A stretch of DNA of 64,000 nt from Dendrobates tinctorius (GCF_039654945.1 NW_027361801.1:2728001-2792000); one strand, 5' to 3'; counted from the stretch's first letter, positions 1 to 11,439 are shown. Numbers and translations are program-made. Notes: generated by a model from the letters alone, not told the origin.

Positions 1-1302
1 CATGGAACCCCCGCCTACCCGGTGCCCCAGGTAGTGGACCTCGCGCATGCCTATCTGGCACTTCCCCGGCTTGATGGTCAGGCCTGCCTGGTGAAGACGC
101 TTGAGCACCTCCTGGAGGTGCTGAAGGTGTTCCTCCCAGGTGGAACTGAAGACGGCAATATCGTCTAAGTACGCCACTGCGTACTCCTCCAGTCCCCGAA
201 GCAGGTGGTTGACCATCCGCTGGAAAGTGGCAGGGGCATTCTTCATGCCGAAGGGCATGACCGTGGACTCGTACAGTCCAAAGGGGGTGATAAAGGCGGA
301 TTTCTCCTGCGCCTCAGGGCTCAGGGGAATCTGCCAGTATCCCCGACTCAAATCCATGATGGATATGTAGTTGGCGTTTGTCAACCGCTCGAGCAGATCC
401 TCGATGCGCGGCATCGGGTGGGCATCAGAGGTTGTGATGGCGTTGAGCCCCCTGTAGTCCACGCAGAACCGGGTGGTTCGATCCTTTTTAGGCACGAGGA
501 CTACAGGTGAAGCCCACGCACCTTTTGACCGTCGAATCACTCCCAGCCTTAACATCTCATCGATCTCTTGGCGCATGACTTGTTGCACCGTTTCAGAGAT
601 CCGATAAGGTGTTCGCCGTAATGGGGCATGATTCCCGGTGTCCACCTCATGAACCGCTAACTCCGTCCTCCCAGGACGGTTGGTGAACACGGGCCGGAAG
701 AGTTCCAGGGTGGCCATCAACTGCAACCGCTGGGACACGGTGAGCGAACCACTTATCTCCATCTCCTCAATGGACCCATTGGCCTTGGCCTGGGCCAGCA
801 TGTCCAGGAGGGAATCTTCCTCCCCATCCTCTGGCAGATTGCAGACCGGTAGGATGCAAGCTTCACGTTCGTAGTGCGCCTTCAGCATGTTGACGTGAAA
901 GGCCTTGCGCCTACCCCGAGCATGGTCAAGCGTGACCACGTAGGTGACCGGGTTGAGCTGTTGGTGGACGACGTACGGGCCTTCCCAGGCTGCCTGAAGC
1001 TTATCCGTTGGTACCGGGACCAACACCCACACCTTTTGACCCACCTGGTAGGTCCGCTCCCGGGCGTTCTGGTCGTACCAGCGCTTCTGGTCAGCCTGAG
1101 CCTGCGTCATGTTGTCATGCACCAACTGCGTCAAGGTCTGCATCTTGTCACGGAAGCGCATGACATAATCCACGATGGACACTTCTGTGGGGTTTGGCTC
1201 ATCTTCCCAGGATTCTCTTATCAACCCAAGGGGTCCCCGGACTCGCCTGCCATACAGGAGCTCGAAGGGGGAGAACCCGGTCGAAGCCTGCGGAACTTCT
1301 CT
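1..1302 (-). pseudogene. In-frame continuation of pol after the stop: integrase C-terminus and reverse transcriptase
   Basis: Manual translation past the TAG gives REVPQASTGFSPFELLYGR...WEGPY...WASPVVLVPKKDRTTRFCVDYRGLN...MPFGMKNAPATFQR...VAYLDDIAVFS, open to the window edge. Confidence 0.9.
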
Positions 1303-4300
1303 CTAAGCGAACAGCAGGTGTGGGAGGTACCGCTCCCAGTCGCGCCCTTGGGTCTCAACCAGTATGCGGAGCATCTGTTTGAGGGTACCGTTGAAACGTT
1401 CACACAAACCGTTAGTCTGTGGGTGATACGGACTCGATACCAGCTGCGACACCTGCATTTTCTCACAGAGAGCCTCCATTAGGCGAGACATGAATTGGGG
1501 CCCTTGATCGGTAAGCATCTCCCTGGGAAATCCTACTCTCGAAAAGATGGTCACCAGTGCGTCAGCCACCTTATCTGCCCTGGTTGAAGACAGAGCTACT
1601 GCCTCTGGGTACCGGGTAGCGTAGTCTACCACGGTGAGAATGTATCGCTTTCCGGAGCTGCTGGGGACGGACAGCGGTCCTACAATGTCCACCGCGATTC
1701 TCTGGAAAGGCTCCTCTATCACCGGCAAAGGAATAAGGGGAGCCTTAAGAGCAGGCCCCGCCTTACCCACTTTTTGACAGGTGGCACAGGAGCGGCAGTA
1801 GTGTGTTACATCTGTCCCCATCTTGGGCCAATAGAAGTGTTGAGACAGCCGTGCCTTTGTTTTGCTGATCCCCAAGTGTCCAGCGAGTGGAATCTCATGG
1901 GCAATCCGCAACAACTCAGTTCTGAACTGATAGGGGACGACCAGCTGTCTTTCCCTCAACCACTCCTTTTTAGGATCTCCGGGTACTGTCTCCCGGTACA
2001 ACCTTCCTCGTTCCCAGAACACCCTCTCCTTATCAGACTTGGAGGTGGGCGTCTCGGCGAGACCTCTCAATTTCTCCAGGCTGGCATCTGAGTGCAGAGC
2101 AGCCTGGAACTCCATGCTGGAGGCTGCCAGAAGTGACGTCAGGGTCCCCTCTTTACTGGGACCCTCTGGAACCGGCTCTGGGTTCACCTCTGGTTCAGTC
2201 TCTCCTGTAGCAGCAGAGGGTCCAGAAGACAGTGCGTTACCTGCGATCTGGGCACTCTGACTGCGTGTGACAGCTGCTATGTATGCTGTCTCCCTGGGGA
2301 TTTCTGCAGACCCACCAGCTGGTGCTGCCCTGGGCTCTACCTCCCCATCCACCCCCAACACTTCAGGAGCAGTGCTACTTATGGGCCAGTTACCTTCCTC
2401 GGTGGCACTGGTCAGCTGCATGGCATTACCTTCCTCATGGTCCCCATGCACCTCCCCATTTCCTTGAGCACCGTTGCTTACTCCTGCCAGGGGTTCCTCA
2501 GCCGTCTCACTCCGCAGAGTGACGGGGCTGAGCACTTCGGTACCTGTGGACACATCTACCGCTTCAAAGAAAGGGTTAACGGGTTCAGTCGGCACAGATA
2601 CATCAACATCATCATCATCCTTCCTAGGAGAAGAATGGTTATCAGTTTGCTTTGGTACATTCACATCAGCATCAGCATCGTACCTGGGGAAAGAATGGTT
2701 GTTAGTTGCATCATTACTCATCAAGGCATTAGCAGGTAACACATTCAGTTTCCCATCATCCACATCATCAGGGTTAACGTTACCCTTATTATCAGTTTGG
2801 GGAAGGGTGTCAGGGACATAGTATGCAACCATCCTCCCCAAGTCAGTCCCCAATAAAACATCAGTGGGCAAATTTTCAGACACTCCCACCTCCCTCAACC
2901 CGCTCCCGGCACCCCAGTCAAGAAAAACTCGTGCCACTGGCAAGGGACAACGGGTGCCTCCAATCCCGGTGACAGTCAGGGTTTTCCCCTCAACAAACTC
3001 TTCAGGGGCCGCCAGTCCAGGACGGATGAGGGTTCGTTCAGCCCCGGTGTCCTTGAGGCCTGTAGCAAGACGGGCCCCCACCTGAACAGGTTGAACGTTG
3101 TCGTCAGCCCTCCCAACCACACCTCCCACCAAAAGAACAGAGGCATTGGGCCCGGGGGCCTTGGCTGGGGGGTTCTTCGGCCTGTTCGGACAGGTGTAAA
3201 AGAAGTGACCAGGCCGCTGGCAGTGGTGACACAGGCGACTGTCAGTAGCCGGCCTGTTGTTGGCAACAGGGACAGGGCCTCCGGAGGGACGGCTAGCTGG
3301 GGCATTGGGGTTGGTTGCTGGCTTACCCCCTTTCCAGCTGGTGGCGACTGGCCTCCGCGTCTCGGGCTTCCGGTTGGCCTCGTGGTTGTCGGCGATCTGC
3401 GCCGCTTTGTCCGCGTTCGTTGGTTCGCGGTCCAGGATGAACTGTCGGACCTCAGCTGGGCAGAGATGCAGGAACTGGTCTTTGATCATCAGGTCCCGTA
3501 GCTGCTCAAAGGTTTCAACGGACAGTCCATGGATCCACTGGTCAAAGTGGGTCCTGAGTCCTTGCACCACATCACTGTAGCTATCGTGTGGGCCACGTTG
3601 GAGGTGTCGGAACTTCTTTCGGTATACCTCAGGTGTCAGCCGGTATTTGGCGATCAGCGCCTGCTTTATGGCGTCATAGTCATCATCGGCTTCTGGCGGA
3701 AGAGAAGCAAATGCCTCCAGGGCTTTGCCTTTTAGCCCTGGGGTCAAGTACCTTGCCCATTGGTCTCTAGGCAGCTGGTACTGTCTGCAGGCTTTCTCAA
3801 AGGCTCGCAGAAATGTGTCCAAGTCCCCGTCCTTTTCCATCACGGGAAAATGCTCTGGCCGGGGTTTAGGAGTCTGGACGCTGCTGGGCTCACGGCTTCG
3901 GGCTGTGAGGGCATTCCCACCCCGCTGGAGTACCTCCAGTTCATGGGCCCTCTGCGCCTGGCGCTCGGCTCTCTCAGCCTCAGCTTGGCGCTCAGCTCTC
4001 TCCGCCTGGCGCTCGGCTCGCTGCTCTGCTCTCTCTCGAGCTTGCTGGATCAGCCTCACCCGCCCATCACTGTCTTCGGCGGGGAGTTCGTCCAAGGCCA
4101 TTTGCAGATAGGGGTCCACCCCGTTCTGGTTGAATGTGGGGCCAGCGCTCAGGAGTGGAGCCTCTGCTGCAGCCCCATTGCAACTTGGGCCAACTTCTGC
4201 GCTCGCTGGATTCTGGTCGTTGTCCAGCTGCACTAGAGCCGCGATCATTTGGGCTCTGTTTTTGTTCGTGGCGTCAAGGCCTTGGTACGTGCATAACGCA

Positions 4301-4362
4301 GCAAGAACTTCCTTTGTCTGCCGGGTGTACCAAGGTTCTCCTTTTGCCGCCATGGTTGCCAA
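1303..4362 (-). CDS. Gag-protease-integrase polyprotein (1019 aa), ended by a premature TAG in the integrase region
   Basis: ORF track. SCAN-like capsid segment (YRKKFR...DLMIKDQFL...AAQIADNH), zinc knuckle, DTGA, AHEIPLAGHLG..CRSCATC, catalytic VDIV/TDQG/LCER. Confidence 0.9.
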   Translation of the reverse strand: MATMAAKGEPWYTRQTKEVLAALCTYQGLDATNKNRAQMIAALVQLDNDQNPASAEVGPSCNGAAAEAPLLSAGPTFNQNGVDPYLQMALDELPAEDSDGRVRLIQQARERAEQRAERQAERAERQAEAERAERQAQRAHELEVLQRGGNALTARSREPSSVQTPKPRPEHFPVMEKDGDLDTFLRAFEKACRQYQLPRDQWARYLTPGLKGKALEAFASLPPEADDDYDAIKQALIAKYRLTPEVYRKKFRHLQRGPHDSYSDVVQGLRTHFDQWIHGLSVETFEQLRDLMIKDQFLHLCPAEVRQFILDREPTNADKAAQIADNHEANRKPETRRPVATSWKGGKPATNPNAPASRPSGGPVPVANNRPATDSRLCHHCQRPGHFFYTCPNRPKNPPAKAPGPNASVLLVGGVVGRADDNVQPVQVGARLATGLKDTGAERTLIRPGLAAPEEFVEGKTLTVTGIGGTRCPLPVARVFLDWGAGSGLREVGVSENLPTDVLLGTDLGRMVAYYVPDTLPQTDNKGNVNPDDVDDGKLNVLPANALMSNDATNNHSFPRYDADADVNVPKQTDNHSSPRKDDDDVDVSVPTEPVNPFFEAVDVSTGTEVLSPVTLRSETAEEPLAGVSNGAQGNGEVHGDHEEGNAMQLTSATEEGNWPISSTAPEVLGVDGEVEPRAAPAGGSAEIPRETAYIAAVTRSQSAQIAGNALSSGPSAATGETEPEVNPEPVPEGPSKEGTLTSLLAASSMEFQAALHSDASLEKLRGLAETPTSKSDKERVFWERGRLYRETVPGDPKKEWLRERQLVVPYQFRTELLRIAHEIPLAGHLGISKTKARLSQHFYWPKMGTDVTHYCRSCATCQKVGKAGPALKAPLIPLPVIEEPFQRIAVDIVGPLSVPSSSGKRYILTVVDYATRYPEAVALSSTRADKVADALVTIFSRVGFPREMLTDQGPQFMSRLMEALCEKMQVSQLVSSPYHPQTNGLCERFNGTLKQMLRILVETQGRDWERYLPHLLFA

Positions 4363-4549
4363 ATAAAAGATAGAAAAAGAAAAACGAAGAAACGGGAGGG
4401 GGATACTTGCAAGTACACACTAATGTCTCAGGACTAGTAACCACTGAGTCTGTTCTCCAAAACCTATGATGCAGGATTCCCGCAGGAACCGTGCAGGTTT
4501 TTAGTGAGAGGAATGATTGCTCAAACCAAATCACTAATGCTCTAGGATT

Positions 4550-4569
4550 ATCCCACCGCGCTGCCACCA
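4550..4569 (-). promoter_or_regulatory. Primer-binding site complementary to the tRNA-Leu 3' end
   Basis: Plus strand ATCCCACCG(CG)CTGCCACCA matches the vertebrate tRNA-Leu(AAG) 3' end ATCCCACCGCTGCCA-CCA (recalled, not searched) with a 2-nt insertion, 3 nt from the LTR terminus. Confidence 0.8.
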
Positions 4570-4572
4570 ATA

Positions 4573-6111
4573 TGTGACGAACAGCCCACCGCCGTTCGTC
4601 CACTTACGGGCGACACTAACGGGAGTCCCGCTGCCACCAAAACGCGACGGACAGCGGACCCTGTGTCACCACTATGTCACAGTCCCACCACTGACACGGG
4701 TGTATCAGCGGACGGAGGGGCGTGACACAATGCCGGCACACGGCTATCACAGGCGCAGTGGGGCTTATCTTAGTTATCCCAACACTGGCACCATGTGACC
4801 AAAAATATCCAGCAAGCTAATCTCGCTCTACAATTTGCCGCAGGGGGAGTTTAATTTGGATGCCCCACCACTGCTATCAATCTTCCAAGTACTGCGGGGA
4901 TTTATGTATATCCCACTTTCTCAGTTCCACTTTGGAACTCGCAGCTCTCCGGCGCCCCCCTTACCCTCAGGTCAGTCAGGGAACTGCACCTAGGATAATT
5001 AGTCGCCGGACGGGCTGCCTGTTGTGAACCGGCAATTAGGCTTCTGCAGTAAGGGAATTATCAATGCTGTGGCTGAAGCCCCTTACTCAGCAATATAAGA
5101 CCCTTCTAGACTGCCAGCAAGCCGTAATAGCCGTACACAACGCGCTGCCACCAGTCACGGTTACTTAATTCACAGTGTTAAATTAAGAGGGTCCGTGGCA
5201 AACCCCTTGAATTAGTAGCGATTATCTATCAAAGGCGTATAGTTCGATTCTTAGAGCATGGAGACAGATCTAAATAATTTCATTTATTTTCCGAAAGAGG
5301 ACAGTGATTACAGATAAAAGTTGCTATAAAATTGAGACATAAAATATGTACAGTACAGGTATAAAATAAAAGTGGAGAAAACAAAGAGATTACACTCACA
5401 GTTCCATATTGTTCCTTAGGCAGACCATGCGGCTAAGGTGGGTGGAGGCGGAGCTGCACTTCTCCGCTCATTGGGGTCCTTCTAGCACGACGACTTGAGC
5501 TGTTCTGAGCTGGTTTGCCCAGGAAATGCCTTATAGACTTTCCTATGTGACATCACAGAGAGGTGCATTCTGGGTTGATCCCACCTCTCTTATCCAAGTT
5601 ATGTTTTGGCTACAAAACTTAGATTAGCTATAACTTTATGGGAGAAGCTGGTATGGACTCATCAGTGGTATCATGTTTCCCAGCGTAATGAGCCCATCAA
5701 GAAAACATCAAACATCTATGCGATATGACCGTCCATTTGGGCGCAAATCCTATCTCATGTTCTGGACAGGGTAGAACTTCGAAACATACGCGGTCTCGAA
5801 GCTGGGACCGCTCAGGTTACAAAAATATGATTTTCATATCTCTAGGGTATTTGGTTCTTATGGTATAGTCTCTCATAGTTTTATTCGTTTCAAACAAAGA
5901 AGTTTTTCCCGCTCTGAAGAGGAGAGAAGGCAAATGGTGTGAGGAAGATGGTCTAGCTAATTAACATTCCTGCTCTTCCAGAGGAAGTGGCAGGGTTGAT
6001 AAAACCTGGGGGGAAGGAATTCCTACTACTGAGAGTTTACAATGTCCTAGGATGGAGGATTTGTTAGCACATTGCAACAGAAAACATATCTTGCAGACAT
6101 GGTACATCACA
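4573..6111 (-). repeat. 5' LTR of the Gmr1 element (~1.54 kb)
   Basis: TG...CA ends with a short inverted repeat (TGTGAT/GTCACA). Inner end abuts the PBS; outer end coincides with the break in the older Gypsy RT frame. The partner LTR is outside the window. Confidence 0.7.
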
Positions 6112-8427
6112 ATATTAACTTAATTATAAGCCCCTCTTGGTTTAGAAAACCATTTAGCCGCAGTAAACTGATTAGATAGGTCGCGGATGAGTGGAAGTGG
6201 GTAAGTTATTCATGACCATAGTATTGTTTAATTCGCGAAAATTGAGGCAAGGACGAGACCACCATCTTTCTTTTTAACAAAGAAATACCCAGCAGTTACA
6301 GCGGGGAGGAAGAATCTATATGACCCTTTCATGAAACTTTTCTTTACATATTCTTTCATGGTGGTAAGTTCAGGTCCCGACAAATATACAGGTGAGCTAT
6401 AGGCAATTTGGCATTAGGCATAAAATTAATAGGACAATCATAAGGACGATGAGGAGGTAGCATCTCTGCCTCTTTTTCCGAGAACACATCTTTGAAGTCT
6501 TTCAGATATTCCGGCAGATCCTCCAGACTATGTGAGCAAATTTGTACAGAACTAAGACATTTCTTATGACAATCGGGACTACACTTAACAATATCCTTCT
6601 GACACCAATCAATAACAGGATTGTAAATACTCAGGCATGGAAACCCAAATGCCAACATAGCAGGTAAATTATCCAAAACATAGGAGGAAATGGATTCAGA
6701 GTTAAGAGTTCCCACTCTTAGTGTGAATTCCACCGTTACCAGCTGGACAGAGTTCTGGAGGGAGCAACGGTGTCCTGTCAAAGGCGACTATTTGAATGGG
6801 TCTCTCTAATCTAACGGTCTCTAATCCTAGTTTAACAACCAGTCCTCAATCAATGAAGATGGCTAGAGGTCCACAGTCAATGAAAGCAAAAGCAGATTCT
6901 TGAAACATAGTTCCACGTTTAACAGCACTTTATCAGAGGAGTAAAAAGGTAACTGGAAGTCGACCTCCTCAACAATCAATCAGACTTGGGCATTTCCTGT
7001 CGCCTGTTTGTTTGAGGGCGTATCGTGCACTCCTAACGAAAATGCCCAGCGTACCCACAGTAAAAGCAGAGTCCAACATTGCGCTAACACCTCTTGATGA
7101 CATGAGAGCTGGCAGCTCCAACTTCCATCAGTTCCGCCTCATGTAAGTTGACAGATTAGAGGAGAATAACCGAACCACCCTGACTCTTATGATGCCTCTC
7201 CCGAATTCTGCGATTCATTCGAATAGCCTGGGTCATGGCCTCCTCCAAGGGACAAGGTGGAGTATGAAGAGCATCCTTGGAAGTATCTGAAAGGCCTCTG
7301 GGAAACTGGCACTTGAGAGGAGAGCTTCATCATTCCACAGCACTTCCATGGATCATTGCTGGAACTCGGTACAGTAATCCTCAGCGTTGTGGTCCCCCTG
7401 TGTCAGGGTCATAATCTTTGCCTCCACAACCTGGATCCTTTCAGGGTTGTCATAGATTAACCCTAACCCATTAAAAAAGATGTGAGCCAAAGACCGTTCT
7501 GGGTCTTGTGGGGACAAAGAAAAAAAGTCTGTGGTCCCCCTGGCAGTAACTGACATGATTATTCCCACCAGCTGGGACTCGTCCCTTGAAAACAGGAGTA
7601 ACAGGGTAAAAAATAATCTACAGTTCTCCCTGATCTTTCTCCACTGAAAATTTATATCAGTGAGAGCAACTACTGGTTCGGGAGAGACCAACTGTACATC
7701 AGAAAGTACTGCCGTCATAGCTACTGTCAGCAATGGAGGATTCTGAGTAGCAGCCATCGCTAAAAAACTGACCCAGCAGCTGAGACTGGTAAGATCCTGA
7801 ACCACCTGGGTCTGATTCATCACCTAATCATAAAGTGTGCGAATTGGTTCCATAATGGTGGGAGAAAGAAAAAAGTATTATGTACAATTGTAATGTGATG
7901 CTATGGCTACTCAGTGTGACAATAGTCACTACTCCCGGACTTGCAGTGATGTAGGGTAGTCAAGATGTCCAGGGTCAGTACCAAGAGGGCTCGTAATAGA
8001 CAAAGGGTAAAGACAATAGGTCACAGTACGAGATCAGAGTATCAGGTAGGTAGCCGATCAAGACGAAAGGGTAAATCAAATGGAAGGTCAAAGGTAAATC
8101 TAAGGTCGGCAACAGAGATCAGAATTCAACACAGAGCAAACACACACACCACTTGAGCAAAGCTACAATTTCCGATAATCTGACAATTGACAAACTGTTA
8201 AATAGCCCTGAAATCATCCAGAACGCATGACCCCTGGGGGAGATCCCATATACCCAGCCAGATAGGTCAGCTGACCTGTCATTCACAATACTCTCACCTC
8301 TGCCTTAGATTGGGAGCTAGAACTGTCACTCTCAATCCTGACAGCTCAGCAATCCCTCAAACCCATAGGGCGGTAGAGCGGTCATTCATAGCATCCATAG
8401 GATACTGTGAGTAATGGAATTGTGACA
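6112..8427 (-). mobile_element. Older degenerate Ty3/Gypsy element (5' LTR ~7889-8427, gag, zinc knuckle, PR, start of RT)
   Basis: Gag remnant 7353-7823, CFYCGYAGHFR*EC knuckle near 7030-7070, FIDCG protease near 6870-6890, LPPHRPYDCPI and FFVKKKDGG RT motifs. Many stops and frameshifts. LTR ends in TGTGACA at 8421-8427. Confidence 0.85.
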
Positions 8428-10171
8428 ATCTAAGCTAAGTTTATATCGGTCTGTCTGTCCCTATCACCTATCAAATTAGGTTGCTCCTGATGAGATAGAT
8501 TAACAAGACCTAACATGTTATAAAGAATATGTTGGGTATTGTTAATTGATCTGGATGTGAAGTCAGTGATGCATATGCTGCTAAGCAGGGACACCCACGC
8601 TAATCAGAACATGGACATTTGACCATCTGACGCACACACCCTCCTCAGACTTGATTGACTTTGGTCCAACTAGGCTTAATAAACTCTGGACTTCCACTTC
8701 CCCAACACACCTCCTGACAAAGAAGAGCGAAATGCATGTTGCAGCGGTAGGGACACGCTGAACTCAATCACACTGCATGTAAGCATCTACACTTTATTTG
8801 GCATATTTGGCCGATTGTTGTTTTTATAGGGAATTATTTTTCATGATATCTACCTTCAATTGAGTGTTCTTGTAATATATCCCTGCATATTAGGCAGCAC
8901 TTTGCCTTCACTCATTTTAAAAGAATTTTCTTAGTCTAAATTTGTGTAATATGTATGGTAGTCAAATATTTATGGGCAAAATATACTCTTCTGTTTCCAC
9001 TATTTTCCATGCCCTAATTTTAATTGGTGTTATTCATATTATAAAGAACACATTATATATTCCTATAGTATGTCAGAAAAAAAATTAAAATATAACTAAA
9101 CTATTATTTATTTAGTTATTGCAAATGTAGGATTTTTAAAAATATACTTTATTACTCTATTTTGCTTTCTTCTCCCCCAAACATTATTTTGTGGCGCTGC
9201 TTCAGTGACCAATTTATGCACCTTTAGAAGCTGCTTTTAGCTGCTGCTCAGCAAAGATCTTTATACTGTATGCAAACAGTCTGTCTACAGGAATTCCTCT
9301 GTGTGCTAGAGAGTAGGGAGCAGAGATTCTCACAGAAGGGAATTTCTAGAATCTGATTGTTTGAATATAGTATGCAGATCTTTTGTGAGCTGCAGTTGAA
9401 ATGAACATCCAAAAGAGCATGCAATGGACATTGAAACACCTTTGAAGCATGGAACTTGGTGGAGAAGAAACCAAAATATGACCATGAAGCAAATTACAAA
9501 AATAACGTTGCAATGCCCAAAAGATAATGAAATAAAAAATAGTTACTCTTTAAACCTTTTATTATTATTTAGACACATGCTTATTTGAGAGTCATAAATT
9601 GTTCCAATACACAAATTTTGAGCCTTGTTCACATACTGGTTAGTAGGGACTGGATTATTTGGCTATATGTCTAGTAGTAACCAGTCTGTTGTATGATAAA
9701 ACTATTTCAGTCAAATGTTGTTAATGCAATGACAGCAAACATAAGAGCAGCTGCCAGCAATTGTGAAATGTTATAATCATCTTGGTCTGCATTATGAATT
9801 ATTCTTTTCTAAATATAAGTTTAGGTGGAGATCCATACCTCCCAACAGATTACTGCTAAAAAATAAGACTCACCCATGATCAACCCAGAAATACCCATGA
9901 AACAATCTGGAAATGTCTTTTATGCTAATTTTTATGCACCAAACTGAGAGATGGCACAATGTTTATGTGTGCAATAGGGCAAGTTATGGGGACGACGCTC
10001 TTTGTTTTCAATTTTTTAACATTTCTTTTCAAGACCTTTAACTTTTTATTTTTTTGTTGCTAGAATTGTATCATAGCTTGTTTTCTTGCACTAAAAGCTG
10101 TAGTTTTCTTTTACATTTTATTTAAGTTTCATAAAAATGGGAGTAAACTTTTTAATATTTTTTATTTTAAA

Positions 10172-10500
10172 GGGAATCTGTCAGCAGGATTTCTCACCCC
10201 AAATTATGTACATATGGCTCCTTCAAAGGCAAGTCAGCAATACCTCTTCCTGGCCAGTCTCTTTTTCCATTACTGAGAAATCAGCATTTGAATTGATATG
10301 CAAATGAGGCTGAAGAGCTATAGTAGATCTGAAGCCTCTGTCACTCCAGCGCTATTCCACACAGCACTGCTTCTTCCTGCTTGAATGACAGTTTCTTTGC
10401 CTGAAGTCACATTGCATAGAGGCTGTCAGTGAAGCAAAAGGAGGCAGCACTGGGTGTGGAATAGAGCTGGAGTGACAGAGGCTTCAGACCAACTGTTAAA
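10172..10500. mobile_element. T2/Kolobok-type MITE fragment
   Basis: TTAA followed by AGGGAATCTGTCAGCAGG terminus; internal inverted repeat (tctgaagcctctgtcactccagc / gctggagtgacagaggcttcaga). Confidence 0.55.
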
Positions 10501-11439
10501 CTGCTGCATTTGGTACTGGCCAGCATATGCGCTGCATTGAGAAAATTCTGCTCCTGATTCTGCTCCATATATGCAGTCTACACCACACCTGCAGTAAATA
10601 TATGACAGATGTTGCTAACTGAACCCTGGGTAGAGTGGGCCCCCCATGTATTATGGGCCAAAACACTTTCCCAGGTTGGCCTGATCGTGGTGCAGACCAT
10701 GACCAAGTTCTTTTTGGGGTTGGGTTTGTGAGGTGGTGCTATTGTCAGGTATAGGAGATCCTTTTAAAAATATCCATTAAGGTAGAAAATGGGATCATTG
10801 ACAAACCTATGGGCATTACAAGGGTATATTCTTATGAAGTGTCATACATCTGTATTGGGTTGTTGCTTTCACAAGCAAACAGATTTCTAGAAGCTACATT
10901 CAAACCAATGGGACAGTCTAAAAATTTTTGCCAAGTGTGAATTCACTCTTAGACAGCATGAAATATTTTGATAAATGTAGGTACAGTATATGATAAATAA
11001 TATGCATGTTCTGACCATAAGACTAACACTAATTGAACAGATTTAAGTACTTGACTTATGACAAATATTTGGGTGTTGACTGAAGTAGGACAATTATGTT
11101 TGTGCTAATTTTAAAATCAATTCTGTACTCAATTCTTTTCAATGCAAATTTTCTCCTTGTTCTATCTATATCTATTATCTACTCTGTGACTGTAGACTTT
11201 TGAATCCCCCCAGCGCATACACTGTGTGCTGCGGAGATTCGCCGGTTTCTAAGCCGGGAACGGCGGTGATGTATGCCATATGCATACTCCTGGGCAGAAG
11301 TCGTTTAGTGGGCGAGGCTGGTGGGCTGCAGACTTTTCATTTTAGACCGGACAACTTCTTTAAAGTTTTTATGAAATAGGAGTCTAAATATATGTGATAG
11401 CTGCTGCTTAAAAGTTCGGCCATGACCACTATTCTCTCT

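Larger units (their letters stand above)
1..6111 (-). mobile_element. Gmr1-type Ty3/Gypsy LTR retrotransposon (5' LTR, PBS, gag-PR-IN-RT; runs off the left edge of the window)
   Basis: One reading frame on the minus strand carries gag with a CCHC knuckle (CHHCQRPGHFFYTC), protease (LKDTGA), integrase (HHCC + D,D,E + WEGPY) and then RT (VAYLDD; YLDD at 160-171). Integrase upstream of RT is the Gmr1 arrangement. LTR TGTGATG...CGTCACA at 6111..4573. Confidence 0.93.

Noticed and set aside
1303-1305. Programmed stop-codon readthrough
   Set aside because: The stop replaces a normally conserved Tyr inside integrase rather than lying at a gag-pol junction, and the context lacks CARYYA. A point mutation or sequencing error is simpler.
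140-4373. Many plus-strand ORFs (up to 202 aa) over the retrotransposon
   Set aside because: Antisense shadows of a GC-rich coding frame; no recognisable motifs.
8710-8745. Penelope-type hammerhead ribozyme remnant (cctgacaaagaagagcgaaatgc)
   Set aside because: The core deviates from CUGANGA and no convincing stems are present; at most a decayed repeat.
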